Sequence record: SRR31156797_2353 | Length of the DNA stretch: 34,886 nt | Reading direction: 5' to 3' (one strand) | Shown here: one piece after another, positions 25,480 to 33,666 of the stretch | Layout of the letters: each line of letters opens with the position of its first letter | Numbering within the stretch: position 1 is the stretch's first letter | Notes under the pieces: model-generated | What the model was told of the DNA's origin: nothing | What the model saw: only the letters and a program-made list of their open reading frames with translations | The model's database searches: none | Position numbers and translations under genes: made by a program

Positions 25480-27261
25480 ATGAGGCTTGGCTCTTTTCAA
25501 ATGCGTATCCTGTTATGGACCTGGGCTCTTTTGCTTCTGGTTCTGGGCGTGATATTCTTTTACTCCACATCCATTGTGGGGGATGAGCTTGTTACGGATA
25601 CAGAGATGCGGTCTCATAGCGAAATCGAGTCTATCAAATGGCTGATCGACGATCACCCCACCTTTGCCTCGGAAAAGGATTTTGCAGAATGGGTAGACGC
25701 CTTTGGTTTTAAACTCGGCTCGCGTATTACATATATAGTAGATGGTCGGGTCATTGCCGATTCCGATGTGATCTATTCCGAGTTGACCACGCTGGATGAC
25801 CACAGCACCCGACCTGAAATTATCGCCGCTCTCAAAGACGGATGGGGTTCCAACGTCCGTCACTCCGATACCTTGCGCAAAGACATGCTGTACGTGGCTT
25901 CAAAAATGAGTGCGGTTTCAGGCGTCCCTACCGGCGTACTGCGTCTAGCTGTTTCCTTCTCCAAGGTGAGTGAACGACTGAACGTTTTGCGAACAAACTT
26001 TATCTGGATATTCCTTGTCACCCTTGCATGTGCCGTTCTTATTAGTTTGATTATGTCCCACAACATGAGCCGGGACATCAGGACTTTTTCCGAGTTGGCC
26101 CGCTCTATAGGTGAGGGCAATTATTCCAAACGGTTGCGGGTTCTTCCCGGGGGTGAATTCAAGCCTTTGGCCGAGTCGGTCAACGCCATGGCTCAGTCCA
26201 TTGAGCGGAGCATGCAGATCGTTCATGATCAGAAAGGCCAGCTTCAGGCCGTGTTCCAAGGTATGCGTGAAGGCGTCATGACGTTGGATTCAAACGGGCG
26301 CATCGAGTCATACAATACCGCACTTGAAGATATGTTTAATATGGCTGAAAGCTCTGTTGGGCGGACGCCCATTGAAGTCTCTCGGCGTGTCGAGATTCAG
26401 GACTTGGTCGATGATATGTTGGGCGAATCCGAAAGCGGCGAACGGGCCATTCAGATAGATTTGATGGATTCGCGTACCGTGGAAGTCAGTGCCGAACCTT
26501 TCATGGATCAAAAAGGGGTGCGTAAACTCATTTTGGTGTTTTACGATATCACTGAAATGAAGCAGAGCGAGAAGGGTCTGAAGGATTTCGTGGCGAATGC
26601 TTCACACCAATTGCGGACTCCGTTGACGTCTATCAAGGGCTACACCGAGACATTGCTGCACACGCCTCCGGCCAAGCCGGAAGACGGACAGGGATTTCTG
26701 GAGACCGTGCTTAAGAATGCGGATCATATGGACAAGGTTATTTCATCCATGCTCGCTTTGGCAAAGTCTGAGCAGATGGGTAAAAAACTCGATCTGGTCC
26801 CGGTTTCAGCACACGAATATATGACTCGGGCCATCAATGATGTTTCGCCTTGGGCTGAAGAACAGTCTGTTTCCATAGAGCGGAGAACACCTGAGGGAGA
26901 CATGATGGTTATGGGTGAGGTTGACGGCCTTTTGCACGTGTTTCATAATTTGCTTAACAATGCCGTGAAGTACAGTCCTGATGGAGGAAAGATAACCGTC
27001 AGTGCCGAAGATGACGGCGAATCTATTGTTTTTTCTGTGGAGGATCAGGGGCCGGGAATTTCCCGGGAACACTCCACGAAGGTTTTTGAAAGGTTCTACC
27101 GCGTCGATGAAAATACCATTGACGGGTCCGGCAGTGCGGGATTGGGTCTCGCCATCTGCCGTCGTATAGTGAAGAATTTTGGCGGAGAAATCTGGCACGA
27201 TGGATATGGCGAAGGAACTCGCGGAGCGCGTTTCTGTTTTCGTCTGAATAAGTCCTCGTAG
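25480..27261 (+). CDS. PhoR-like sensor histidine kinase (periplasmic domain, HAMP, PAS, HisKA, HATPase)
   Basis: Two TM helices, DG.VIADS...H..RPE, M.EGV, DFVANASHQLRTPLTSIKGY.ETL, NA.KY, D.GPGI, FERFYRVD, GLGLAI; adjacent to pit. Confidence 0.88.
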   Translation: MRLGSFQMRILLWTWALLLLVLGVIFFYSTSIVGDELVTDTEMRSHSEIESIKWLIDDHPTFASEKDFAEWVDAFGFKLGSRITYIVDGRVIADSDVIYSELTTLDDHSTRPEIIAALKDGWGSNVRHSDTLRKDMLYVASKMSAVSGVPTGVLRLAVSFSKVSERLNVLRTNFIWIFLVTLACAVLISLIMSHNMSRDIRTFSELARSIGEGNYSKRLRVLPGGEFKPLAESVNAMAQSIERSMQIVHDQKGQLQAVFQGMREGVMTLDSNGRIESYNTALEDMFNMAESSVGRTPIEVSRRVEIQDLVDDMLGESESGERAIQIDLMDSRTVEVSAEPFMDQKGVRKLILVFYDITEMKQSEKGLKDFVANASHQLRTPLTSIKGYTETLLHTPPAKPEDGQGFLETVLKNADHMDKVISSMLALAKSEQMGKKLDLVPVSAHEYMTRAINDVSPWAEEQSVSIERRTPEGDMMVMGEVDGLLHVFHNLLNNAVKYSPDGGKITVSAEDDGESIVFSVEDQGPGISREHSTKVFERFYRVDENTIDGSGSAGLGLAICRRIVKNFGGEIWHDGYGEGTRGARFCFRLNKSS

Positions 27262-27312
27262 TCGGCTACGCGTGGAACATTTAACCAATTCCCTCGAAAG
27301 AGGGGCATCATA

Positions 27313-28551
27313 ATGGATATTTACGATCTGTTTTTGTACTTGTCTCTGGGCGCGGGCTTCCTCATGGCCTTCAACCTCGGGGCAAACGATGTGGCGAATT
27401 CCATGGCTTCGGCTGTGGGGGCACGGGCCATCACCGTGAAGCAGGCCGTGTTCATCGCCGGAAGTCTTAATTTCGTCGGTGCGGTTTTTCTCGGTTCTCA
27501 TGTTACGGCGACCATCAGTAAAGGGATTATCAACCCGGAAGTCATTACTGATCCCAAAATCATCATGATAGGCATGTTTGCAGCATTACTTGCTGCGGGC
27601 ATTTGGGTCTTGGTGGCGACATTGACGTCGCTACCAGTTTCATCAACGCACTCCATTGTCGGGGCCATCATGGGCTTCGGGCTGGTTGCTGGCGGACCGG
27701 ATGTGGTTAACTGGCTTAAAATGGGTGGTATTGTCCTGTCCTGGATTATTTCACCATTCCTTGCCGCCGGAATTGCCTATTTTATTTTTTCGCATATCAG
27801 GAAGTATATTCTGTTTAAGCGACAATTTATCAAACAGGCAAAATTTTGGGCGCCAATTTGGATTGCCATTACTTTGTCCATGATTTCCTTGTCTTTTCTG
27901 TACAAGACTCCGGCGGGAAAATCTTTGAATTTACATTGGATGCAGTCCTTGGCTATCGCCGCAGCCTTGTCATTTCTTGCCTGGCTTTTGGGAAAAATAC
28001 TCGTCAATCGTATTGCTATTGACGAGGAAGAAGGCGCAGAGGGTGTGGAGCGGGTTTTTCGAAAAATGCAGGTGGGTACATCCTGTTATGTCGCCTTGTC
28101 TCAGGGCGCAAACGATGTAGCTAATGCCATCGGTCCTGTTGCTGCCATTTATCTGATCGCCAAGGAACACGTGTTGCTCTCCAAAGCGGAAGTCCCATGG
28201 CCCATGCTTGTACTGGGAGGGTGTGGCATTGCGATTGGTATCGCCGTACTCGGCCATAAAGTTATGGCAACGGTCGGGACAAAAATCACCACATTGACCA
28301 ATACTCGAGGCTTCGCCGTTGATGTCGGCGCGGCTTCCACCGTGCTCGTGGCATCCAATCTCGGGTTGCCTGTTTCTACGACTCATGCAGCCGTGGGTGG
28401 CGTCGTTGGCGTTGGCTTGGCTCGCGGTTTTCATGCCGTTGATTTTCGTGTTCTGTTCAGAATCGTGGCCTACTGGGTCGCCACTGTGCCTATAGCGGCC
28501 CTGACCAGTATTGTTATCTTTGTGCTGTTGAAATGGTTGTGTTACAGCTAG
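27313..28551 (+). CDS. pit: Inorganic phosphate transporter, PiT family
   Basis: Two GANDVAN signatures, LPVSSTH / LPVSTTH, multiple TM helices. Confidence 0.94.
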   Translation: MDIYDLFLYLSLGAGFLMAFNLGANDVANSMASAVGARAITVKQAVFIAGSLNFVGAVFLGSHVTATISKGIINPEVITDPKIIMIGMFAALLAAGIWVLVATLTSLPVSSTHSIVGAIMGFGLVAGGPDVVNWLKMGGIVLSWIISPFLAAGIAYFIFSHIRKYILFKRQFIKQAKFWAPIWIAITLSMISLSFLYKTPAGKSLNLHWMQSLAIAAALSFLAWLLGKILVNRIAIDEEEGAEGVERVFRKMQVGTSCYVALSQGANDVANAIGPVAAIYLIAKEHVLLSKAEVPWPMLVLGGCGIAIGIAVLGHKVMATVGTKITTLTNTRGFAVDVGAASTVLVASNLGLPVSTTHAAVGGVVGVGLARGFHAVDFRVLFRIVAYWVATVPIAALTSIVIFVLLKWLCYS

Positions 28552-28594
28552 GTTACGAAATTAACGACGATCCTTTTCAAGAGAGGTTATACAT

Positions 28595-29269
28595 ATGTCT
28601 TTGAAAATTCCTTTTTTCGGTTTGCTTGCCAACCGTTCGCCCATGGACGGTCTTGTTGAACACTATGACAAGATCGCAGAGTGCATTGCGGCCATCGACG
28701 ATTCTTTGGAGTGCTACGTCTCCGGCGGTGTCTGCCGTGAGTTCGAGGAGTTGACCCGTTCCGTGGATGAAATCGAGAATCACGCCGATTCCATCAAGCG
28801 CAACATCCGCAATCATCTGCCCAAAGGGCTGTTCATGGCCGTGGAAAAGCCATTGTTCCTTAGCTACACCAAGAGTCAGGATAACATCCTTGATGCCGCT
28901 CAGGACGCTTTGTACTGGCTGGCTATGCGTAAGGTCGTCATTCCTGAAGACGTGCAGAAGGACCTGATTTTCCTGCTTGATGGTATTGCTCGCTGCACCG
29001 TGTTACTTGGCCCCGCCTTGAAGTCCACTATTGCCATCATTCATGGCGAATCTTTGGACCGCGAAGGGACCAAGGAGTGCTTCCGCAAAGTGCGGCGTGA
29101 GCGTGACAACGTGCGTCACATGAAGAATGCCCTGCACAAGAAAATTTATGATAAGGATATCGATTTCAAGGATATCTATCAGTTGATTCACTTTGTGGAT
29201 TGCTTGGACAACATGGGGCACAATACTGAGAATTGTGCTGAACTGCTTCGTTCCATGATGGCGCGTTAA
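28595..29269 (+). CDS. DUF47 / TIGR00153 PhoU-like phosphate transport regulator
   Basis: IE..AD.IKR.IR..LP...F, QD.I.D, helical repeat; canonical neighbour of pit. Confidence 0.88.
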   Translation: MSLKIPFFGLLANRSPMDGLVEHYDKIAECIAAIDDSLECYVSGGVCREFEELTRSVDEIENHADSIKRNIRNHLPKGLFMAVEKPLFLSYTKSQDNILDAAQDALYWLAMRKVVIPEDVQKDLIFLLDGIARCTVLLGPALKSTIAIIHGESLDREGTKECFRKVRRERDNVRHMKNALHKKIYDKDIDFKDIYQLIHFVDCLDNMGHNTENCAELLRSMMAR

Positions 29270-29308
29270 GCGTCTGTATATCCGGTTTTTATAGCCGAAC
29301 AGAGTATC

Positions 29309-29347
29309 AAGGACCTATTCCGTTTAGAACGGAGTAGGTCCTTTTTT
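29309..29347 (+). terminator. Rho-independent terminator after DUF47
   Basis: AAGGACCTATTCCGTT-TAG-AACGGAGTAGGTCCTT followed by a T-run. Confidence 0.85.
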
Positions 29348-29375
29348 GTATGTGTCGGAAAAAATAAAATAGTTC

Positions 29376-29404
29376 TTGAAATTGAAAATCAATATCAATA
29401 TAGT
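29376..29404 (+). promoter_or_regulatory. Sigma70 promoter with a Fur box between -35 and -10
   Basis: TTGAAA (29376-29381)-N17-TATAGT (29399-29404); ATTGAAAAT-C-AATATCAAT (29381-29399) is a 9-1-9 Fur-type inverted repeat. Confidence 0.8.
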
Positions 29405-29410
29405 CCTCTC

Positions 29411-29509
29411 ATGTTTCGCACAACAGTATTCTCAATTCTACTGGACACAGTTTGTTGTTTTTCATTGTCAGCTTTCTTGTTTGGACGATGTATGTGCCGG
29501 TTCGTATGA
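29411..29509 (+). CDS. Possible leaderless 32-aa Cys-rich hydrophobic peptide
   Basis: The ATG falls 7 nt after the -10 hexamer; MFRTTVFSILLDTVCCFSLSAFLFGRCMCRFV*; below the ORF-track cutoff. Confidence 0.3.
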   Translation: MFRTTVFSILLDTVCCFSLSAFLFGRCMCRFV

Positions 29510-29553
29510 ATGCGAACCGGAGATCTAACTATTGTAAGAATAAGGAGTTAATT

Positions 29554-29877
29554 ATGACACAGTTGAGACAACTTGGATTATTGAACCGTGAAGGAATGAA
29601 GGCTTGCAATGAAGGTAAGACTGATGATGCTTTGTTTCAACTCATTCAGGCTGACCGTTTGGCAAAATCGATGAATTCCCGTTTGCATGAAGCAAAAGTT
29701 CGCAACAATATAGGCTTGGTACATCAGGTGTCCGGCAAGGATGAAGAGGCTTTGGCCTGCTTCCGTCTTGCCGCTCTTTTTGCGGTGGAAGGTGCGGGCG
29801 AAGGCAATGCTTTGCATAAAACCATTGTTCGCAATCTGACGCGGCTTGAGTCCGCTCGTCCGGCAGGTGCTGTGTAA
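29554..29877 (+). CDS. Small TPR-like helical protein (107 aa)
   Basis: AAGGAG RBS; A.V.NNIG.V....G...EA..CF..A TPR-like pattern. Confidence 0.8.
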   Translation: MTQLRQLGLLNREGMKACNEGKTDDALFQLIQADRLAKSMNSRLHEAKVRNNIGLVHQVSGKDEEALACFRLAALFAVEGAGEGNALHKTIVRNLTRLESARPAGAV

Positions 29878-30567
29878 ATGCTTGCCGGCAATAGCTTTGC
29901 GGAAGGGGGAGGCGGAGCGAAGCCTCTTTCCGCACGGCCAGACTCTGCTCATTTTGTTACAACAGTTCTTCATCAATTTGCGGAGTCGCTTGGGTTCGCC
30001 ATAGATGCCAAAGACCCATACACTTCAATGCATTCAGAGGAAGTGGCCGAAGTCTCACACGCTTTGGCTCTTTCCATGGGGCTGTCGCCAAGCGAAGCGG
30101 ATATTATCCATGTGGCGGGACACCTGCATGATATCGGTAAGATCGGAGTGCCTGATTCCGTGTTGAAAAAACGGGGGCCTCTGAACGCAAGCGAATGGCA
30201 GTCTATTCGCAGACATCCAAAGGCTGGGGCTGATATTCTTCGTCCTGTATCATCTCTGAATAATCTTGGTGTAGTGGATATGGTACTGCACCACCATGAG
30301 CGGTATGACGGTACCGGATATCCCCATAAACTGAAGGGAATTCAAATTCCTTTGGGTGCGAGAATTATCGCTGTTGCGGATAGCTTGTCAGCCATGCTGC
30401 AGGATCGGCCTTATCGTGCCTCCAAGGATTTTGATGCGGCCAAAGAAGAAATTGTCAGATGTGCGGGGACACAATTTGATCCTCGTGTAGTTCAGGCGTT
30501 TGAAAGAGCGTCAGATGCGATACGAGGCATGGTTAATGTCCTTTCCTCCAGTGAAAGGGTTGCCTGA
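29878..30567 (+). CDS. Stand-alone HD-GYP domain protein (c-di-GMP phosphodiesterase family)
   Basis: DAKDPYT..HS..V, LHDIGKIG.PD..L.K, HP..G, HHHERYDGTGYP, ARII.VAD, RPYR, GTQFDP. Confidence 0.92.
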   Translation: MLAGNSFAEGGGGAKPLSARPDSAHFVTTVLHQFAESLGFAIDAKDPYTSMHSEEVAEVSHALALSMGLSPSEADIIHVAGHLHDIGKIGVPDSVLKKRGPLNASEWQSIRRHPKAGADILRPVSSLNNLGVVDMVLHHHERYDGTGYPHKLKGIQIPLGARIIAVADSLSAMLQDRPYRASKDFDAAKEEIVRCAGTQFDPRVVQAFERASDAIRGMVNVLSSSERVA

Positions 30568-30596
30568 CGGAATGGACACAATTTGCTTCTGCAACG

Positions 30597-30630
30597 AAAA
30601 ATCCCCCCAGCGTAACCGCCGAGGGGATTT
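30597..30630. terminator. Hairpin between the convergent HD-GYP and mrp genes
   Basis: AAATCCCC...GGGGATTT with A/T flanks. Confidence 0.6.
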
Positions 30631-30651
30631 AATGTTTATACAGTGTGGGCT

Positions 30652-31527
30652 TTACGCTTTGGGCGGATCTGGCAGAGCCAGCATGGGCTGGATGACCTGT
30701 TCCAAAGCTTTGCCTGTAGCGGTGTCACGGTGGACTTTCAGGAAAGGATACCCTTCGTCACCGGAATTGGCGACTGCCGGGTCAAGCGGGATGCGGCCCA
30801 GGAATTGGACGCCCGCTTCTTTGGCCAGTGCTTCGCCTCCACCGGATTTGAAGATATCATGAACAGCGCCACAATCAGGGCAGGCGAAACCGGACATGTT
30901 CTCGATGATGCCGAGTACACGGTTGCCGACTTCTCCCACAAAGGAGACGGAGCGGCGGACATCGTCAATAGCCACGCCTTGCGGGGTAGTGACAATGACG
31001 CCCATGGCCGTGGGTCCGAGGGTCTGCAGAGTGGACAGAGGTTCGTCTCCGGTGCCTGGAGGGCAATCTACGACCAGATAATCCAGATCGCCCCACATGA
31101 CGTCTTCAACAAATTGTTTGATCAGTCCCATTTTGACTGGACCACGCCAGATAACGGCCTGACGGTCGTCTTCGAGCAGGAAGCCAAGAGACATGACCGA
31201 GAGATTCTTACTCCAGGGGACCGGTTCCATGGTGCGGTCACCCATATGCGGCCTTTGGCCTTTCAGGGAGAGCATGCGAGGCAAGCTCGGACCGTGGACA
31301 TCAACGTCAAGCAGGCCGACTTTTTTGCCAGCCAGCGACAGGGCTACGGCAATGTTGGTGGCGACAGTTGATTTGCCAACGCCACCCTTGCCGGACATGA
31401 CCACAATCTTATGCTTGATGCGGCCAAGGGTCTGTTGCAGTTTCAATTCTTCGGGGTTGTCACAACCAGTCGTGCTCGTACAGCTCCCGTCAGGTGCGGC
31501 AGAAGAGCATCCTTCGCATTCACTCAT
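30652..31527 (-). CDS. mrp: Mrp/NBP35 (ApbC) Fe-S cluster carrier ATPase
   Basis: Deviant Walker A SGKGGVGKST, DVDVHGPS, VIWRGP, W..LDYL..D.PPGTGD, ENMS.F.CPDC; N-terminal four-Cys extension; AGGAG RBS. Confidence 0.93.
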   Translation of the reverse strand: MSECEGCSSAAPDGSCTSTTGCDNPEELKLQQTLGRIKHKIVVMSGKGGVGKSTVATNIAVALSLAGKKVGLLDVDVHGPSLPRMLSLKGQRPHMGDRTMEPVPWSKNLSVMSLGFLLEDDRQAVIWRGPVKMGLIKQFVEDVMWGDLDYLVVDCPPGTGDEPLSTLQTLGPTAMGVIVTTPQGVAIDDVRRSVSFVGEVGNRVLGIIENMSGFACPDCGAVHDIFKSGGGEALAKEAGVQFLGRIPLDPAVANSGDEGYPFLKVHRDTATGKALEQVIQPMLALPDPPKA

Positions 31528-31639
31528 GATATACTCCTAAAAAAATGGCGGTTTGACGCCGCCTTTGCAATGTCTTTTACCACCTGCGGAATCTCGGATT
31601 CCTGTGGGTTACAGAGAGATAACCATACTCGCGAAAATG

Positions 31640-31990
31640 TCAAATCCGTGTGCCCGGCATGACCAGATCGTCCAGAGTTTTGTTGAGAAATCCATCGAGA
31701 ATTTGATCTTGGGTGCCGGTGAGCCATGGCAGTACGGTGACGCCACCTTCTTCGAGTCTGGCGCGTGTTTGATTACAAATGGCACCACATAAAAAGACAG
31801 TTACCCCGCAGGCCAATATGGCGGATGTCCTGTCCATAGGGTCCTTTGAGGGAAGGGATAGGAGGCCTGCGGGGTAAAATTTGGTGTCACGTATTTCAAA
31901 AAGCTTGTATCCATCTGCGTTTTCACACACAGATGCCAACCGGTCCTGGTAGCACGCCAGGCAGATGAGATTTGCAGAATCTGCTTTCAT
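31640..31990 (-). CDS. NifB/NifX-like (iron-molybdenum cofactor-binding fold) protein
   Basis: R.A.V...A....L, GV...LCGAI......L...GV.V.PW..G pattern; lies between a sigma54 activator and mrp as in Desulfovibrio orp loci. Confidence 0.72.
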   Translation of the reverse strand: MKADSANLICLACYQDRLASVCENADGYKLFEIRDTKFYPAGLLSLPSKDPMDRTSAILACGVTVFLCGAICNQTRARLEEGGVTVLPWLTGTQDQILDGFLNKTLDDLVMPGTRI

Positions 31991-32040
31991 GCTCACTACT
32001 CCAAAAAATCCGGCGGACTTGAGCCGGTTACGATTAATAA

Positions 32041-32056
32041 AGCATAGAGCATGCCA
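32041..32056 (-). promoter_or_regulatory. Sigma54 -24/-12 promoter for the NifX-like/mrp genes
   Basis: Minus strand TGGCATGCTCTATGCT, an exact GG-N10-GC. Confidence 0.8.
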
Positions 32057-32108
32057 TTAAATATAACGTTGTTATTTCAATGGTTTATATTTTTTGGCCT
32101 TATTGTGT

Positions 32109-32158
32109 GGGCGAATAATTAGCCCGAGCGAGGCACGTCAATGGCGAATTATTAGTCT
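32109..32158. promoter_or_regulatory. Two 17-bp upstream activator sites (OrpR-like)
   Basis: GGGCGAATAATTAGCCC (32109-32125) and TGGCGAATTATTAGTCT (32142-32158), 33 bp apart; AT-rich IHF-like TTTCAATGGTTTA at 32075-32087. Confidence 0.65.
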
Positions 32159-33477
32159 TTTGACTCGGTGAGCATCTTGCGAAGTGTGTCTTTAGTAATT
32201 TTTAAATCACGGCAGGCAGCCATCTTTTTGCCGTTGTTGCGCTCCACGGCATGTCTTGCAGCCCGACGTTTGATCTCATTCATGGAGCCGCGTAAAGGGT
32301 CAGGGCCGTGAATGTCATGGTTGTCGGGATGAAGGTATTCCGGCAGGTGTTCCACCTGAATGAGTCCTTCACGGCAGAGGATGAATGCATATTCAAGGAT
32401 GTTTTCCAACTCGCGAACATTGCCGGGGAATTCGTGGTGCAGCAGAATGTGTAAGGTGTCTTCGCTGACGCCCTGAATGGATTTGCCCTGTATCGCATTG
32501 AATTCACCGAGGAAGTGGTCGATGAGCAGGGGGAGGTCTTCGTGGCGTTTTTTGAGGGGCGGCAGGGTCAAAGTGACCACATTGAGTCGATAGAACAGGT
32601 CTTGTCGGAAACTGCCGTCTGCAACGGCCTGTTCCAGATCTTTGTTCGTCGCAGCGATAACACGCACATCGGCGTGGATCGGTGCGACACCTCCGAGCGG
32701 TTCGTACATTTTATCTTGCAGGAAACGGAGGAGTTTGACCTGAAGTTTTCCCGGCATGTCTCCGATTTCATCAAGGAAGACAGTGCCGCCATCCGCCATT
32801 TCAAAACGTCCAGGTTTGTCGGTGCGAGCGTCAGTAAATGCGCCTTTTTTATATCCGAACAGTTCAGATTCAAGCAGTGTGTCCGGCAGTGCTCCGCAAT
32901 TCACAGGCACAAATGGATTGTTTTTGCGTGGACTCAAATTGTGGATGGCTCGAGCAAACAGTTCCTTGCCAGTACCTGATTGGCCGAGAAGAAGCGTCGT
33001 TGCTTCGCTTTCACTGATGCGGGGCAGGATGCGGAATATCTTTTCCAAGGGCTGACTGCGACCAACTATATTTTCATAACGGTAAACATCTTTGGCTTGT
33101 TGGCGTTTGGCATGGATTTCAGTCAGGTCGCGAAAGGTCTCAACACCGCCGATCATCTGGCCTTCGCTGTCGCGCAATGTAGAGGCGGAAATGGATATGG
33201 GCAGGGTAGTGCCATCGTTGCGGACGATGAAAATGGATTTATTGACGATGCGGCCACCGGTTTTCATACACTGGCCGATGGCACAATTGCCATCACATAG
33301 AGAAGAACGGAATACGTCCCAGCATTTGCATCCGACCGCTTCATCCTGACCGATACCCGTTATACGTTGGGCTGCCTCGTTGAAATACGTGATATTCCAG
33401 TCTGTATCTACAGTGAACAGACCGTCTGCGATGGAGGCGAAAACGTCCTCAAGAGGAAGGTTGGATGGAAATGACAT
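32152..33477 (-). CDS. PAS-domain sigma54-dependent activator (OrpR-like)
   Basis: Cys-rich PAS (C.DVF....C...C....C), GQSGTGKEL, ESELFG..KGAFTDA, LDEIG, RVIAATN, FYRL, PGNVREL, Fis-type HTH. Start at MSFPSNL. Confidence 0.9.
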   Translation of the reverse strand: MSFPSNLPLEDVFASIADGLFTVDTDWNITYFNEAAQRITGIGQDEAVGCKCWDVFRSSLCDGNCAIGQCMKTGGRIVNKSIFIVRNDGTTLPISISASTLRDSEGQMIGGVETFRDLTEIHAKRQQAKDVYRYENIVGRSQPLEKIFRILPRISESEATTLLLGQSGTGKELFARAIHNLSPRKNNPFVPVNCGALPDTLLESELFGYKKGAFTDARTDKPGRFEMADGGTVFLDEIGDMPGKLQVKLLRFLQDKMYEPLGGVAPIHADVRVIAATNKDLEQAVADGSFRQDLFYRLNVVTLTLPPLKKRHEDLPLLIDHFLGEFNAIQGKSIQGVSEDTLHILLHHEFPGNVRELENILEYAFILCREGLIQVEHLPEYLHPDNHDIHGPDPLRGSMNEIKRRAARHAVERNNGKKMAACRDLKITKDTLRKMLTESKD

Positions 33478-33483
33478 AAGGGG

Positions 33484-33546
33484 ACGATACTCTTGGACTG
33501 GCGTTCTGCCAATGAAGAAATGGAGTTTTGGGCGAAAAAATATCCC
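33484..33546 (-). promoter_or_regulatory. Promoter of the OrpR-like gene plus a third 17-bp site
   Basis: Minus strand TTGGCA (33512-33507)-N17-TATCGT (33489-33484), 6 nt before the ATG; GGGCGAAAAAATATCCC at 33530-33546. Confidence 0.55.
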
Positions 33547-33609
33547 ACTTGTGGGGGGGGCAGAATGCAGCAATGAAGAATGGAAGATAGGTGCTCAGCA
33601 CGATCGTTT

Positions 33610-33648
33610 AAAAAAAGGCCCCTGTTCGTACTTACGAACAGGGGCCTT
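33610..33648 (-). terminator. Rho-independent terminator after hypB
   Basis: AAGGCCCCTGTTCGTA-CT-TACGAACAGGGGCCTT with a T7 tract on the minus strand. Confidence 0.85.
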
Positions 33649-33666
33649 CATTCTTTCAAAAATGAA

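Noticed and set aside
29452..29553. Upstream TTG extension of the TPR-like ORF given in the ORF track
   Set aside because: The AAGGAG RBS supports the ATG at 29554; the extension has no SD.
30643..31371. 242-aa plus-strand ORF (also 33580-34263)
   Set aside because: Antisense shadows of mrp and hypB.
31524..31727. 67-aa minus-strand ORF bridging the NifX-like gene and mrp, considered as a remnant orange-protein gene
   Set aside because: Overlaps the NifX-like gene out of frame and shows no NifX/ORP motifs.
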